In this document: in pieces, positions 25,625-38,250 of the stretch | Layout of the letters: each line of letters begins with the position of its first letter | Numbering within the stretch: position 1 is the first letter of the stretch | NCBI GenBank assembly: GCA_964016885.1 | Contig: OZ024757.1 | Location: forward strand, 30,380,001-30,444,000 | Length of the DNA stretch: 64,000 bases | Direction: 5' to 3' | Source of the DNA: Eledone cirrhosa | Lineage: Eukaryota | The notes under the pieces: model-generated | The model's input: only the letters and a program-made list of their open reading frames with translations | Databases searched by the model: none | What the model was told of the DNA's origin: nothing | Made by a program: the position numbers and the translations under genes

Positions 25625-26332
25625 TTAACATACGGTGAAGCCCGCTCTCTGTGGAGTCTGTTGCAGCACCGGGAATTTCTCTTATTGTTGCTTTTTCAAG
25701 ACAATGACACATTTCCTCGTATCAATGGTACATGTGGGAGTATCTACGCCATGGAACATGTTGCCAACAATCAGCTGTTTAACATCAAATCCAACAGTTG
25801 GCTCAGCCTTTTCCTGTCAGATGCCTACCATTGGCAGTTCCCTGTTTGGAAGAAACGTGCCAAAATGTCTATCGGACTGATTGAATTCATGATGGACATT
25901 TTTGAGAAGAACAGCGTTAATTATTACATGTGCAATATATTGCCGACATCTTTTGGCTACACTGCAACATACGACCTAAAAATTATCGACGTTCTATCAG
26001 TAGTTTCAAAGTTTTACTTGCAAACTGAAATGTCCAATAGATCTTGCTATACAGATGATGACTGTAGCTTCTCTCACAACTGTAAGACTCAGTGTAACCA
26101 AGAACTCAGAAAATGCTCTTCAGACTTGGTTCTGCCCAATTTAAAAGTTGTATGTGATCTCCTGATGGACTACTTAATGTATGGTGCACCGACTCGTATT
26201 ACTGTAGATTTAGAACGATTATTGCACCAGTGCCAGTCACTTGATAATCGGCAATTCAGTGCTGAGATGGAACATGCGCTTCTGTTGAATGACCTCCAAC
26301 TATTTATTTGGTCCCAAATAAAATACGGCTGA
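25625..26332 (+). CDS. DIPK1: DIPK1/FAM69 terminal exon, kinase-like C-lobe and Cys-rich tail
   Basis: ttttcag acceptor; motifs FPRINGTCG, P.WKKRAK.SIGL.EF, YDLKIID, C..DDDC....C...C, PNLKVVC; stop TGA at 26330-26332. Confidence 0.93.
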   Translation, partial: LTYGEARSLWSLLQHREFLLLLLFQDNDTFPRINGTCGSIYAMEHVANNQLFNIKSNSWLSLFLSDAYHWQFPVWKKRAKMSIGLIEFMMDIFEKNSVNYYMCNILPTSFGYTATYDLKIIDVLSVVSKFYLQTEMSNRSCYTDDDCSFSHNCKTQCNQELRKCSSDLVLPNLKVVCDLLMDYLMYGAPTRITVDLERLLHQCQSLDNRQFSAEMEHALLLNDLQLFIWSQIKYG

Positions 26333-26500
26333 TTTCGTTTGTTTTTTTTAAAAATTGCACTCTGTTGTGATATGATATAAAGACAATGGTTATAGGTTGC
26401 AGAGTATAAAGACAGTTACAAAAGGAAGGGAAACAAATGTGAAAAGAGGAATTATTTTCATCCCTAGTATTACACCAATGTTCACACTATATGTACAACT

Positions 26501-26880
26501 GTCTCGTTTTGGCCCAAGATAGTGCATTGTAGTGCACACTGCATCTATCAGTGTCTAGTTTTGATCCCAAATAGTACATCATAATGCATACTACATGTAT
26601 CAGCATCTCATTTTAGTCCAAAATAGTGCATTGTAATGCATACTACATGCAGCAGTGTCTCATTTTGGCCCAAAATAGTGTATCAAAATTTACACTACAT
26701 CTATCAACGTCTCATTTTGATCCAAAATAGTACATCGTAATACACACTACATGTATCAACATCTCATTTTGGCCCAAAATAGTACATCAAAATGCATACC
26801 ACATCTATCAGTGTCATGTTTTGTCCCAAGATAGTGCAGGTGCTCTGTAAATCACACTCCATGTACCAGCCTCACATTTT
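26501..26880 (+). repeat. Diverged 52-bp tandem repeat, about 7 copies, in the probable DIPK1 3' UTR
   Basis: gtctc.ttttg.cccaaaatagt.cat motif recurs at 26501, 26553, 26605, 26657, 26709, 26761, 26813. Confidence 0.85.
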
Positions 26881-27013
26881 GGTTGTCTTATTCATAAGAA
26901 TGCAACAACTGCAATTGAACTTCTTTGGCAATTTTAATGAAATGCCACAACATTTGGCTATGGTTGTGTGGTACAGAACCTCCTTTTTCTGAAATAAAAT
27001 ATCATACACTAAC

Positions 27014-27064
<51 letters not shown>

Positions 27065-29596
27065 ACTATTATTATCATAACTCTCTCTCTCTGTATATAT
27101 ATATATATATGTATATAGTTGAATGGTATGCTATTCAGGAATGTATGTGTCTATGTATTTATATATATATATCATCATCATCATTTTATGATGATAATAT
27201 ATACATACATGCCTTAATGGCATGACATTCAACTACATATAATATATATATATATATACACATACATACATACATCCCATAAAATGTATGCATAGTGTAT
27301 ATAATAGTATTATTTATATCGGCCCCAGTACTTGACTAAATAACATACCAGTCAAGTATTGAGGTCAATATAATCAACTCCCCCCCCCCCCTTCTATGTG
27401 GGATACGTTATATACCTCTTTGTCTTTAGTCTGTTTGACTCGTATGGGGGTAGGAATCGGGTACAAGTTTGGCCTCATTGAGAAAGACAAGCAACTGTAA
27501 AAAGGAAAAAAGAGAAATGATTTTTTAAAAAAAATGTCTGCTGTATATGTATAACTTTGCAGGCTTGTCCAACCTGTTCAAGTTTGCAGATTAAAAAAAA
27601 AAAGAGAAAGAAAATAAAAAAAAAAGGAAAGAATGGGTCTGAAATGAGGGAAAATATTCCATCTATTTGAAGGTATGTGTGTATATGTGCATAACTGTCT
27701 GTGAATGTGTGTGTGTTGGAGGGTGGGGTTTCCCCATTTTTATTTATTTTCCTTTTTTGAGTGTTATTTAAAATTACATGAATTTATTACCAACTGAGAT
27801 TGATTTTCTAAAAAGCCCTGTCCCTCTTGCCTGCCCTTATTTATATACAAAACCCTGCAAGCTTTTTATTTGACAGAATTGGTGGAGTGTCAGACAAAAT
27901 GTCATGGTGGTATTTATTTGTATATTTTTTACATTCTCGAGTTTGTATCCCACTGAGCTTGATTTATTTTTTATTCTTCTTGAATATTTGATAAATTAAC
28001 CCAAACAACTTGTAATGATTTAGCAGAAAATATCTAAAAACGGGTTTGTTAAACCTTTTGATACAAACTCGCCTGTAACCGCCCCTGGTTTTGTGATATA
28101 AAAAGGGTTGTTTTTTTTTTTAAATTATTCATAACTATATTAAAACCTTCCATTATAATTTAACATAAGAATGTTCTGTTATGTTCCCAAAATCAGTTTA
28201 GTAATGCAAAATGGTTAACTATTTCATTAAATGCCTCCAAAATCTTCATTGTTTTTTAAATTAATTGAAACACATAGGCAGTGGATCTCCTGAGAAATGA
28301 GTAACAAATATTTATAGTATCTTTGCTTGTGATAGATCATTGTATAAGTTTTCAGTATTAAAGACATAAATATTTAATGGCAGAATTGGTAGAGCATCAG
28401 ACAAAATGCCTTTGCTGTATCTGTTCTGTCTCTTTTTGTGTTCTGAGGCCAACTTTGCCTTTCATCCTTCTGCGGTAGATAAAATAAAGTACCGGTCAAG
28501 TACTGGGGTCGATATATTCGACTTTACTCTTTCCCCAAAAATTGCTGGCTTTGTGTAGAAATTAGGTATCAGTATTTAATGTGATGCTGCAGTCATAATG
28601 CTGTCTTGTCCTTTTCGACAATGTCTTGCTAAGCTAATGCAGTTTCATGTGATACAAGACATTAAGAGGTAAATACCAGTGAAATACTGGTGTTAATACT
28701 AATCAACTGTACTCCACTCCCAACCCCTGATAAAATGTGTGGCTTGCTTTTATGTGTCCAAATTAGAATTTAATAGTTGAAATGTTTAAAGGGTTTCACT
28801 GTGAGATATTTGTCAAAAAACAAAACTGTTTGTCCTTATTTATCTAAATTATTCATTTGGCAAAGTTAAAGGTATTTGATGGAAAATATACTAAACAATG
28901 CAAAAACACATACAAACAAATGACTAACTAATTAATTAATTAATTAGTTTTTAAATATAAATTGTTTACATGAGAATAAATTGTTTATGTCAATGTTTAT
29001 AATGTTTAGTTTCTTTTCAAAATTTTATTTTGTTTTCCCTTGTGTTCCTTCCATATACTGTACCGATTGTGTTGTTATGTTTGTTTACTTTATACATACA
29101 TACATATATATATAAATGAAAGGTATAGAAAATATTGTAGCAAAAAGCCAACAGTATTCCATAATATATGTGACTATAGCGTCAAAATGGGAAAAATATT
29201 TAACGTAAGATGTGGGAAAAATAATTCAAACTCAACTCAAAAAGAATCAGGATATAGATTCATCCAACAGAATTTAGTGAAATCCAGGGAAAAATCAATA
29301 GAGCCTTAACTCATGATATATATATATATGTCAGCCATCTTTGTTTTATATTTGCCTGAAAGAAAATCATGCATATTGAAATGCTATCGCACAATCTAAG
29401 CGACATGGTAGCAACGAAAACATGTTGAAGAAAACTATACTATAATATATATATATAAGTATTGAAGTTTCCATTGAAAATTGAAAAAGTCATAGGAGTG
29501 AAGAGTGCTCTATGTAAGTACCAGAGCTAAATTTAAACCTCTGGTAATGAGGCAATTATATTGTATTGTTTATTATACATTATATATATATATATA

Positions 29597-29787
29597 GGGC
29601 GGTGAATTGGCAGTATCGGTAGAGGGTTGGACGCCATGCTTTCTAGCATAGTTACGTCCCTTTACAGTCTGAGTTCAAATCCCGCCGAGGTTAACTTTGC
29701 CTTTCATCCTTACGGGGTCGATAAAATAAAGTACCAGTAATGTACTGGGTAATTTGCTGGCCTTGTGCCTAAAGTAGAAACAATTAT
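29597..29787 (+). mobile_element. tRNA-derived SINE family A, representative copy; many others, e.g. 125-270, 8360-8790, 9830-10015, 17035-17250, 45153-45345, 56390-56945, 58140-58500
   Basis: A box TGGCAGTATCGG, B box GAGTTCAAATCC, conserved gcctttcatcc...ggggtcgataaaataaagtaccag body, (ATT)n tail; 10-bp TSD at the 45153 copy. Confidence 0.9.
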
Positions 29788-31508
29788 ATATATATATATA
29801 GTGAAGGCATGTGGCATAGTGGTGAGGGTTATGGGTTCACAATCGTAAGGTCGTGAGTTCAATTCCTGGATCAGGCGCTACATTGTATCCTTGAGCAAGA
29901 CACTTTGTCACATTGCTCCAGTCCACTCAGCAGGAAAAATTACAGGTTGTACCACCTGTAATTCACAGGACCAGTATTGTCATACACTGACACGCTGAAT
30001 CTCCTTGAGATCTATGTGAAGGGTGAATGTGTCTGTGGAATGCTCAGCCACTTACATATCATGAACTAACAGTTCTGTTGATTGAATCAACTAGAGCACT
30101 CATCAGCAACGACTGAGATCCAACAACATGATGCTGTTTTGTCTTAGGACTAAAGTTCAAATTTATCATTTTCTCTATCTTTCTCTCTATTTCCTTCTGG
30201 TTAATTTGTTGTAGACTGTACATCATTTCATCATTTTTCGTTTTCAGTTAGAAAGACCTTGACTGGTACGTTCACATTTTGCCTTTTATTTGTCTATTCA
30301 ACCTTTTAGCATTTAAATTAATCTATATTTACTATTGTATTTTCACGTTAAACACTTTCTCACATAATATCGAATCTACCAGATTTTGATATTATTCATT
30401 TTGAGAACAATACCTTAACATCAGTATGATTGGCCGGCTACAGCTGGTTTGAACAGAAAGAGGTGAGTGAATTCTGGATACGACAGATTTAAATGCTAAA
30501 GAGTTAATCAAAAAGACATACTCTGTCCTATGTTACCATATTTTGTCTTGTTTAGTCGTGTTGCAATCTTATGTACACTGGAAGGAATTATCCTAACTTT
30601 AAAACACAGAGATCATAGTGATCTCCAGTATTTAGCTGACATAAAGAGACATGTCCATGTTTTTCCATTATCTGTTCTTGTTGCGTGTGCTCATATTTTG
30701 AATTTGGGTGCTCTATGTTGTCATCTACATGATCACTTTACAGTTTGGACTGAGCGCTTTTGTTGTCACCAAAATAGCCACTTTACAGTGTGGACTGGTA
30801 CTTGGCACCAAAATTGTCACTTTTTGTTGTGTCACCATCACAACCCTTTACAGGTTGGACTGGATGCCCTTGTGATTCTAACATGACAACTTTACAGGGT
30901 GGACTGTCCGTTTATTGTTGTGTCACTAACATGACCACACAACAGGGTGCTCCTGTCATGTCATCTGCCTGCCTACACCCATAGGGCGGGCCGGGTGCCT
31001 TCTGTCGTGCAACCAATACGTCTGCTTTACAGGCAGGGCTGGGTGCTTCCTGTCATATCACCAACATGACCACCTTACAGGGTAGACTAGAGGCTTATGC
31101 TGTGTCACCAGTATGACCACCTTACAAGATGGACTGAGAGCCATTAGCCACTTTAGCAGCCATATTTGGCATGGTTTCTACAGCTGGATAGCCTTCCTAA
31201 CACCAGCCACTTTACAGAGTACACTAGGTATATTTTATCATGACTTCAACACTAACACTTTACAGTGTACTAAGTGTATTTTATTGTGTCCCTAGCACTA
31301 ACACTTTACAGAGTGTACTGGGTTTATTTTATTGTAGCACCATCATGAACACTTTACAGTGTACAGAATATATTTTATTGTAACACTAGCACAAACACTT
31401 TACAGAGTGTAGTGGGTGTATTTTATCATGGAAATGAACACTAACAATTTACAGAGTACAAATAATGTAAAATATAATTTATTGTTTTAGATAATAATCT
31501 TCATCATT

Positions 31509-31667
31509 TTACGTCCGTATTTCAGTGCTGTTTGTATTTGATTTTAACTGTGGTAAACAGAGATTATAAAAAGATTTTCCTTTGAAATATTCTAGAGGCC
31601 TCCATTGTACCCATCCATTCTTTACCAGTTCTTCTTCTGTCACAAATTTCCCATAGAAATGCGGATC
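31509..31667 (-). CDS. UFSP1: UFSP1-like terminal exon with the catalytic DPH motif
   Basis: tttcag acceptor; DPHFYG...GWV.W...FYNLCLPQ; TAA at 31511-31509; total protein 214 aa. Confidence 0.93.
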   Translation of the reverse strand, partial: DPHFYGKFVTEEELVKNGWVQWRPLEYFKGKSFYNLCLPQLKSNTNSTEIRT

Positions 31668-32119
31668 CTGAAAGTTAAAAGAAAATAATATATTTAGTAA
31701 AATGAAATGTGAAAATTAAAACTTTTACACGAAAAACTTCAAAGTCAAATAATTTTCTTAAGCAATGTTCATAAGCAATGTCGAATGAAGTGTCTTGCCC
31801 AAGAACACAGCTTGCTTCTGGTCTGGGAACTGAACACACAGCCTCATGATCATGAGCTCAACACCCTAACCACAAGGGCATGTGCCTTATTTAGGGAGGA
31901 GTAAAAAAAATAGTCTGTGGAAAGGTGTGACGGTCTTTGTGGGAGAAAAAAACAGTAAAATCCTCAAAACAATATAGAATGTGTGCCATGAGAGGAAAGA
32001 TAAGTTGTCATCATCGTTTTTATGTTGACTTTTCCATACTAGCATGGGTTGGATGGGATTTTTTGAGGTAATGTTATGCAGCCGGATGCCCTTCCTGACA
32101 CCAGCCCATTTGAGATAGA

Positions 32120-32490
32120 TAATGAAATTATTGTGTACAGTGCTCAGGTGCACTACAATTCATCAAAGGTGCATGTATAGTACATAGAATAATGTTTAAA
32201 TGTCAGGAAAATGAACAGTGTACAAGTCATGAAATACATGTGTGCGTGAGTATGGAGGGGAGACATCAGGGGTGGTGTTGGCGAATCTCAGGAAGCATGG
32301 AGGTTTTAAAGGATGCAGTGTCTCGGCAGCTAACAACTGATGCAGGTAGTTTGTTCCATGCTTCAGCAACTCTGAGTGTGAAAAAATGTTTCCAAAAGTG
32401 ATGGGAGCTGTGCTGTTTTCTGACTTTGTAGGCATGTGCACGTGTGTTAGACACATGGAAATCAAAAAAGGTGCTCGGGGTTGTTGGCAA
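32120..32490 (-). mobile_element. CR1-like LINE 3' fragment
   Basis: NTR.HAYK...HFFTLRV...WNKLP..VV...SFK motif. Confidence 0.85.
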
Positions 32491-32782
32491 GATGATTAGT
32501 TTTAATCACTTTTTACGACCTGTAGGGATATGGTGTATCTATTCTAAACTACATACTCATAGCTATATATCTATATATATATATATCATCATCATAATAA
32601 TATTTTTTTACATTAACTTTTCCATGCTGGGATGGGTTGGATGGGACCTTTTGAGGCAATGTTATACAGCCTTTCTGACACCAACCATTTCAACTTCCTA
32701 TGACACCTAACAATACAGTGTATCTATTCTAAACCAGATACACATAGCCATCTTTACTATATTTCATTAGCCGATTACTTAC

Positions 32783-32853
32783 CAATACCAATAAAGCTTT
32801 TGATGCTTTACTGACTCCAAATATACCTTTGGAAGAGTTATCATCATCACCAC
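32783..32853 (-). CDS. UFSP1: UFSP1-like coding exon 4 (G-GDDDNSSKGIFGVSKASKALLVL)
   Basis: ttcag acceptor, gtaagt donor, 71 nt phase 1/0; GGD.D..SK is UFSP1-type. Confidence 0.9.
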
Positions 32854-33337
32854 CTGAATAAAGAAAGAGAATTAGAATTATCAATTATCATCATCATCAT
32901 CATTTAATGTCTGATTTTCCTGCTAGCAAGGGTTAAATGTGTCTACATAGACCAAGTCAGTACTGATGTGGGGCTACTGACCTCCCAGACAGGCTGAGGG
33001 GTCTGTATTCCGCTTATGTACAGTCATATCGAATGCAGAGAAGTTGTCATGTCTTTTGACACAAACTGAAAGGTCCTCCTAACCCCTTGTTTGGCAAGCT
33101 TTCTATGACTGGATGCCCTTCCTAACACCAACCACTTTATAGTATGTACTGCATGCTTTTATTGTGTAAATCACCAGCACTAGTGACGCTGTCATGTCCT
33201 TGACACAACTAAAGCGTCCTCCCAACCCTTTGTTTGGCAAGCTTTCTATAACTGGGTGCGGTTAGCGTGTAGATTACTGAAACTAGAGAGGTTGTCTTTG
33301 ACATAGGTAGAATGTAAATATATTTTATTATTTATCG

Positions 33338-33720
33338 TGGAGGCACATGGCTTAGTGGTTAGAGCCTTGCAATCGAAAGGTTGTGAGTTCAATTCTCAGA
33401 CCGGGTGATGTGTTGTTTCCTTGAGCAAGACACTTTATTTCACATTGCTCCAGTTTACTCAGCTGTAGAAATGAGATCATAGGGACTGGGGTCCCTATCA
33501 TTCCACTGCAAAGTGGTCGTGGAGGTGCCACAGCAAAAAAGCACCTAGCCCACACTGTAAAGTGGACGTGTAGGCGCCACGGAAAAAAAAGCACCCAGCA
33601 CTCACTGTAAATGAGGTTGGTGTTAGGAAGGGCATCCAGCTGTAGAAATCAAGCCAGAATCAGTTCCCGTCCCACCCTTGCAAGCAGGGAAAAGCAGACG
33701 TAAAATGATGATGATGATTG
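33338..33720 (+). mobile_element. tRNA-derived CORE-like SINE family B, representative copy; related copies at 15525-15820, 18055-18395, 29803-30130, 36750-37000, 46190-46510
   Basis: TGGCTTAGTGG and GAGTTCAATTC boxes, ccttgagcaagacactt core, ggaagggcatccagc tail, (GAT)n end. Confidence 0.88.
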
Positions 33721-33971
33721 AGGTTAACTTTGGCTTTCACTTTTCAAGGTTGATAAAAAAAGCATCAGTCCAGTACTGGGGTCAATTCCTTCTCTCTTTC
33801 TCAAAGAAATCTGTAGATGTGGTTCACAGTTCATTGTAGAGAGTTATATTGTAAATATATACTGTATATCTGTGGTTTATAATCCACCTTAGATAATTTG
33901 CAGTCTAAAGATGACAAAAAAGCCTGCAAAATTGTATCTTATTAAAAATTCACATCAGACATTAAATAACA

Positions 33972-34468
33972 CTAGCAGAAAAACTACCGTACGGGTGGTT
34001 TTCTGCTAGCATGTGTAGTGTGTATATTGATATTATACACAAATATATATGCATGTAAATATGATACATCAAATAAAATCGTAATTGACAATATACACAG
34101 AAATTGAACAAAGCCTATGTTACACTGTCTTCTGTAATCAGTAATCCATGATATATTAAAAAAAAGACGATATTACATATTAACTGCATTAGGAGAAAAT
34201 TAGCGACAGAAATATATGCGATTATAAGTGTTATAATATAATGGCCGCTAACTGGAAGTGTTGACATTTGATAATTTTAAAGAAGTGAATTTTAAAGATC
34301 TTTAAATAAGCTATAAAATATATTTAATCAACAGCCACAAAATTTAGCACATAAATTATGTAATATTCATTCATCATTTATGCAAAGTAATCCAACTTAT
34401 TTTACAAACGGGGTAAAAAAATATATTCTGGACGCAATCCCGCAGACCTTCCTTTATTATAGTTAAGA
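33972..34468 (-). mobile_element. Non-autonomous Helitron-like element in a UFSP1 intron
   Basis: A|TC start, subterminal hairpin, CTAG|T end on the minus strand. Confidence 0.65.
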
Positions 34469-34514
34469 TGGGAGTTTTTTTTTTTTTGTTAAATAGTGCA
34501 ACAAAGTGACTTAC

Positions 34515-34617
34515 CCATCATTATGGGGGAACCAAAATGTTGAAAGTGCTGATCCAATTGCTCAAGATGTTTACATAAAGAATATCCATCAGTGATGTGT
34601 AAGATTTTCCCAGGAAC
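34515..34617 (-). CDS. UFSP1: UFSP1-like coding exon 3 ([35 protein letters not shown])
   Basis: ttttag acceptor, gtaagt donor, 103 nt phase 0/1; HF...GSP.M.GG motif. Confidence 0.92.
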
Positions 34618-35345
34618 CTAAAAACAAAGCAATTATATATATTCTCTCTATCCCATGCTAGCATGGAAAATAGACATTAAATATACCGTTTAACAGCCAT
34701 TCTTTTACACTTGTAAGGGTTAGATGGGTTGTCAAGTTATGAAACAAGTCATGTTGAGTGACAACATATATATATTTTCTTTCTTTGACCTGTAACTTCT
34801 GAAGGACTCATAGGGGTGCCACATTGACATACAGCATTTCTAGGGCATTGTTAAACCTGGTGGAGCCCAGGTCTGAATACAGCAGATTTCTTCCAGAGAA
34901 GGATAGAGAGTAAGAGAATGGAAATCAGATAGCTCAAGTGACTGTTCTACATGGTTTCTAAGGCTGGTTGCCCTTCCTAATGCCAACCACTTTCCAGCAT
35001 GGACTCAGAGCATTTTCTGTTACACCAGCAATGCCATCTGATAGTTTTTTGTTGTAGCACTACCACCTTACAGAGTGAAGTAGGTGCTTTTTCTTTTGTC
35101 ATGGTACCAGCATTACCACCTTAAAGGAGGAATGGGTACTTTTTGTCATGGCACCAGCATTACCACCTTAAAGGAGGAATGGTTACCTTTTGTTCTGGCA
35201 CCAGCATTACCACTTTACAGGGTGGGCTGGGTGCTTTTTATCTTGGCACCAGCACACTGTCTAACAACCACGTGGTTTTTTAACTCCCACAACCACCTCT
35301 CCATTTATAAAGACTGAGAATAGTTTCTATATTTAACAAACTTAC

Positions 35346-35543
35346 ATCATAAAAATAATCCAAACACATGGCAATTTCTAAACTTCCGATCCACTGTTTT
35401 GATCCAAGAAAACTTGCAGGCTTATCTCCCATGTGTACCAAAGCCTCTTGGATTTCTTTGATGCTCGGAACGGCTCGGCTTGATTTCTGATGATTGATCC
35501 AAGAACACAAAGACTGAAGTGTCCGATAACCGCATCCCCATCC
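35346..35543 (-). CDS. UFSP1: UFSP1-like coding exon 2 with catalytic Cys ([10 protein letters not shown])
   Basis: ttccag acceptor, gtaagt donor, 198 nt; [30 protein letters not shown] motifs. Confidence 0.95.
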
Positions 35544-36167
35544 CTGGAATATAATACAAGAACTGAAATGTCTGGCAGTCCCCCACTCTATCCTTGGAAT
35601 GTAACAAAGACTGAAGTGTCTAAGAATGGTGACCACACCACAACATATATCAGTGACTACATCACACTACACTATATTTAAGTATGGTGACCATACGACA
35701 CCACACAATATTTACTGTTATCAATTTTAACACAGCATCATACCATATTCTACCACACCAGATCACAGCACATTACAATACGCTATACTACATCACACAT
35801 CACCACATTATATTCCACCATACCATACTACACAGTACCATGCCACACAACACTGCAGCCCACTAAACCATACTACACCTCACCACACTACATGACACCA
35901 CATCACATTACACTACAGCACACTATACCATACTACACCTCACCACACCACCACACTACACTAGACCATACCACATCACACCCTACCACACCATACTAAA
36001 GTCCACTAAACTTACTACACCACACCATACCAAACTGCACCCTACCACCATACTATATTTTATCTCACTACAACATGACAAGACACCACATCACATTACG
36101 CTCCAGCACACAACACATTATAACATACATAACACTACATCACAATACGGCAGCACACCACACTTAC

Positions 36168-36281
36168 CCTGTCATCAACTCCATCACAACCGTAGTGGTA
36201 ATACTGATAATCTCCTTTAACAAGGGCGGTATTTATGTCAGGTCTGTCAAGAAGGCTGTGAACATTGGTGAGTAACATCAT
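36168..36281 (-). CDS. UFSP1: UFSP1-like Ufm1-specific protease, coding exon 1 (MMLLTNVHSLLDRPDINTALVKGDYQYYHYGCDGVDDR)
   Basis: LL.NVH and G.Y.YYHYGCDG.DDR motifs of peptidase C78; GTAAGT donor; acceptor(s) just upstream of the ATG. Confidence 0.9.
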
Positions 36282-37133
36282 AAACTGAATTAGTAAATAA
36301 AGAGCTGGAAGAAGAGAACACCAGAAAAGTTGGAATTTTAATAAGCCATCAATTTACAGGAAAAGAGGAAAGTTGATTTAAATAGAGCCCACTACTTGAC
36401 GGGTAATTTATTTTATCAGCCCTGGAAGGATGAAAAGCAGAAGTAAAACATCTGAGTTTACGTGTAGCCTACCACAAACACAGATAGAAACTATTCAATA
36501 GTGAAAATAAAATCATAGTTCATATTCGTTAAAACAATAGTTGTCTCCCCTTAGATTTCGTTCATAAAAAAATGTTTACCCGATTGGGGTAAAGAGGGGA
36601 ATCAACTCAATGTTGTTTATTATTTTTTTAACGAGCTTAAAATACAGTGGTGTAACATAGAAGACCCCTATTCGGCCTTCTATGTTAAAACAACACAACC
36701 ATGTTTTATGTTCATTTAAAAAGTTCCCCTCCGAACCAAGTGTTATATTTTTTGTAGAAGACTAGCAGTTGCCCATGTGTGCCAGTCTTCCCTTCGCCAT
36801 GTCACCCATGTTGTCCAAGGTAAAGACAAAGGCCGATTCAGCTTGGCAGCAGTGACATCGCAACTCATTATTTCTAACTGTGAACTAGAGCAACGTAAAA
36901 TAAAGTCTTGTCCAAGGCACAATCAACCGCCAAATCTGGTAATCGAACTCACAACCTCACGATTGTTAACACAGCGCCTAATTACTAAGCCACGCGCCTT
37001 TGCGTCGTCTTAACGAATGGAACTTTACAGTAATGAAAGTATAATATGGTCCTTTGATTTACTAGTAATCGTAAAAAATGTTTGTTTTCTGCGAGACACT
37101 ACACTATAGTTATGCCTCCAAGCGTAACATATA

Positions 37134-37209
37134 CAGGGTGTCCTAAAAAATGTATACACACTTCAACAGCATTCTAATAAGTGAGTATAACATTTTTGGG
37201 GACACCCTG
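37134..37209. mobile_element. 76-bp Tc1/mariner-type MITE
   Basis: TA-CAGGGTGTCC.AAAAAATGT ... ACATTTTTGGGGACACCCTG-TA. Confidence 0.8.
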
Positions 37210-37499
37210 TATATTGTCGGAATTAGCTAGTATCTTCTCCAGAAACATGTCAAACAAGGTATGAGCGGCATTTGTGAGGCAGAGGAGACTACCAGATGTA
37301 CATTTGTATACTTCTCTCGAAAACATAATGGCGAGAGAAATTTTCTTAGGGTCTTCTGTAAAAGCAATATATAGTCAAGTGCGGGGGGGGGGGGGGGGGG
37401 TCGTTGTGATATATTTAATATAGTAAACCCAATATAATTTTGAATCAAACAACGTGGAAAGACATTAAAGTAAAAATGAAATAAGAATCGAAGTGTGAA

Positions 37500-37980
37500 G
37501 AAACTCATTTAAAGCATACGTACACTAAAAAACACTTCGATTTCCGGTCATATTCTGCAGAAATTGTACAATTTAAGTTGAGAGGAGGATAGATTTATAA
37601 ATCGTATCTTTTCTTCTCATGAAATAAATATTTAGGTAATATAAATTTGATTACATTTTTATTACATATAGTAAAATAAACGAATGAAATAAATATTAAA
37701 CCCTGAAACGTAAATATTATTATTTCGGAAGTAACCAGGTTAGTCACTCCACCAACACAACACAACACATTAGTAGTAAGTGCTGTGGTTGGTAACATTA
37801 GATAAAAATCTAGTTTGGCTTTCTGGCCTGGTTTTTTTTTTTTTATCTTTATATCACTGTGGGGTCATCTTTGGGGGAAAAATACCTCTACCTCTAAAAA
37901 ATACAACTGACAAACCAGTCTCCGTCTTTTTGACATCTTACGTGCCTCATCTGATTTGTTGGATTTAAAAAAATTAACAA
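37500..37980. promoter_or_regulatory. Candidate bidirectional promoter region of UFSP1 and IST1
   Basis: Start codons face apart 1.7 kb from each other; oppositely oriented ETS-like motifs (ttccggt about 37542, cggaagt about 37726). Confidence 0.5.
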
Positions 37981-37981
37981 A

Positions 37982-38250
37982 ATGTTCAGAACAGGACCGA
38001 ACTATTCTAAGTTGAGTACAAATCTTCGTCTAACTGTCAATAGACTAAAATTACTAGAGAAGAAGAAGGCTGAACTTGCCCAAAAAGCTCGTCGGGAAAT
38101 TGCGGACTATATCAGCAATGGTAAAGAAGATAGGGCCCGGATTCGTGTGGAACACATCATCCGTGAAGATTATTTGGTCGAAGCTATGGAACTTATTGAG
38201 ATGTACTGCGATTTATTGTTGGCCAGATTCGGACTTATCCAAACACAAAA
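37982..38250 (+). CDS. IST1: IST1 (ESCRT-III associated) coding exon 1
   Basis: KL.TNLRL..NRLKLLEKKK.ELAQKARREIADY...ARIRVEHIIREDYLVEAME; GTAAGT donor at 38251, phase 2. Confidence 0.97.

Noticed and set aside
29597-29690. Possible tRNA genes (A and B boxes)
   Set aside because: No complete cloverleaf; they continue into SINE body and tail and occur in many diverged copies
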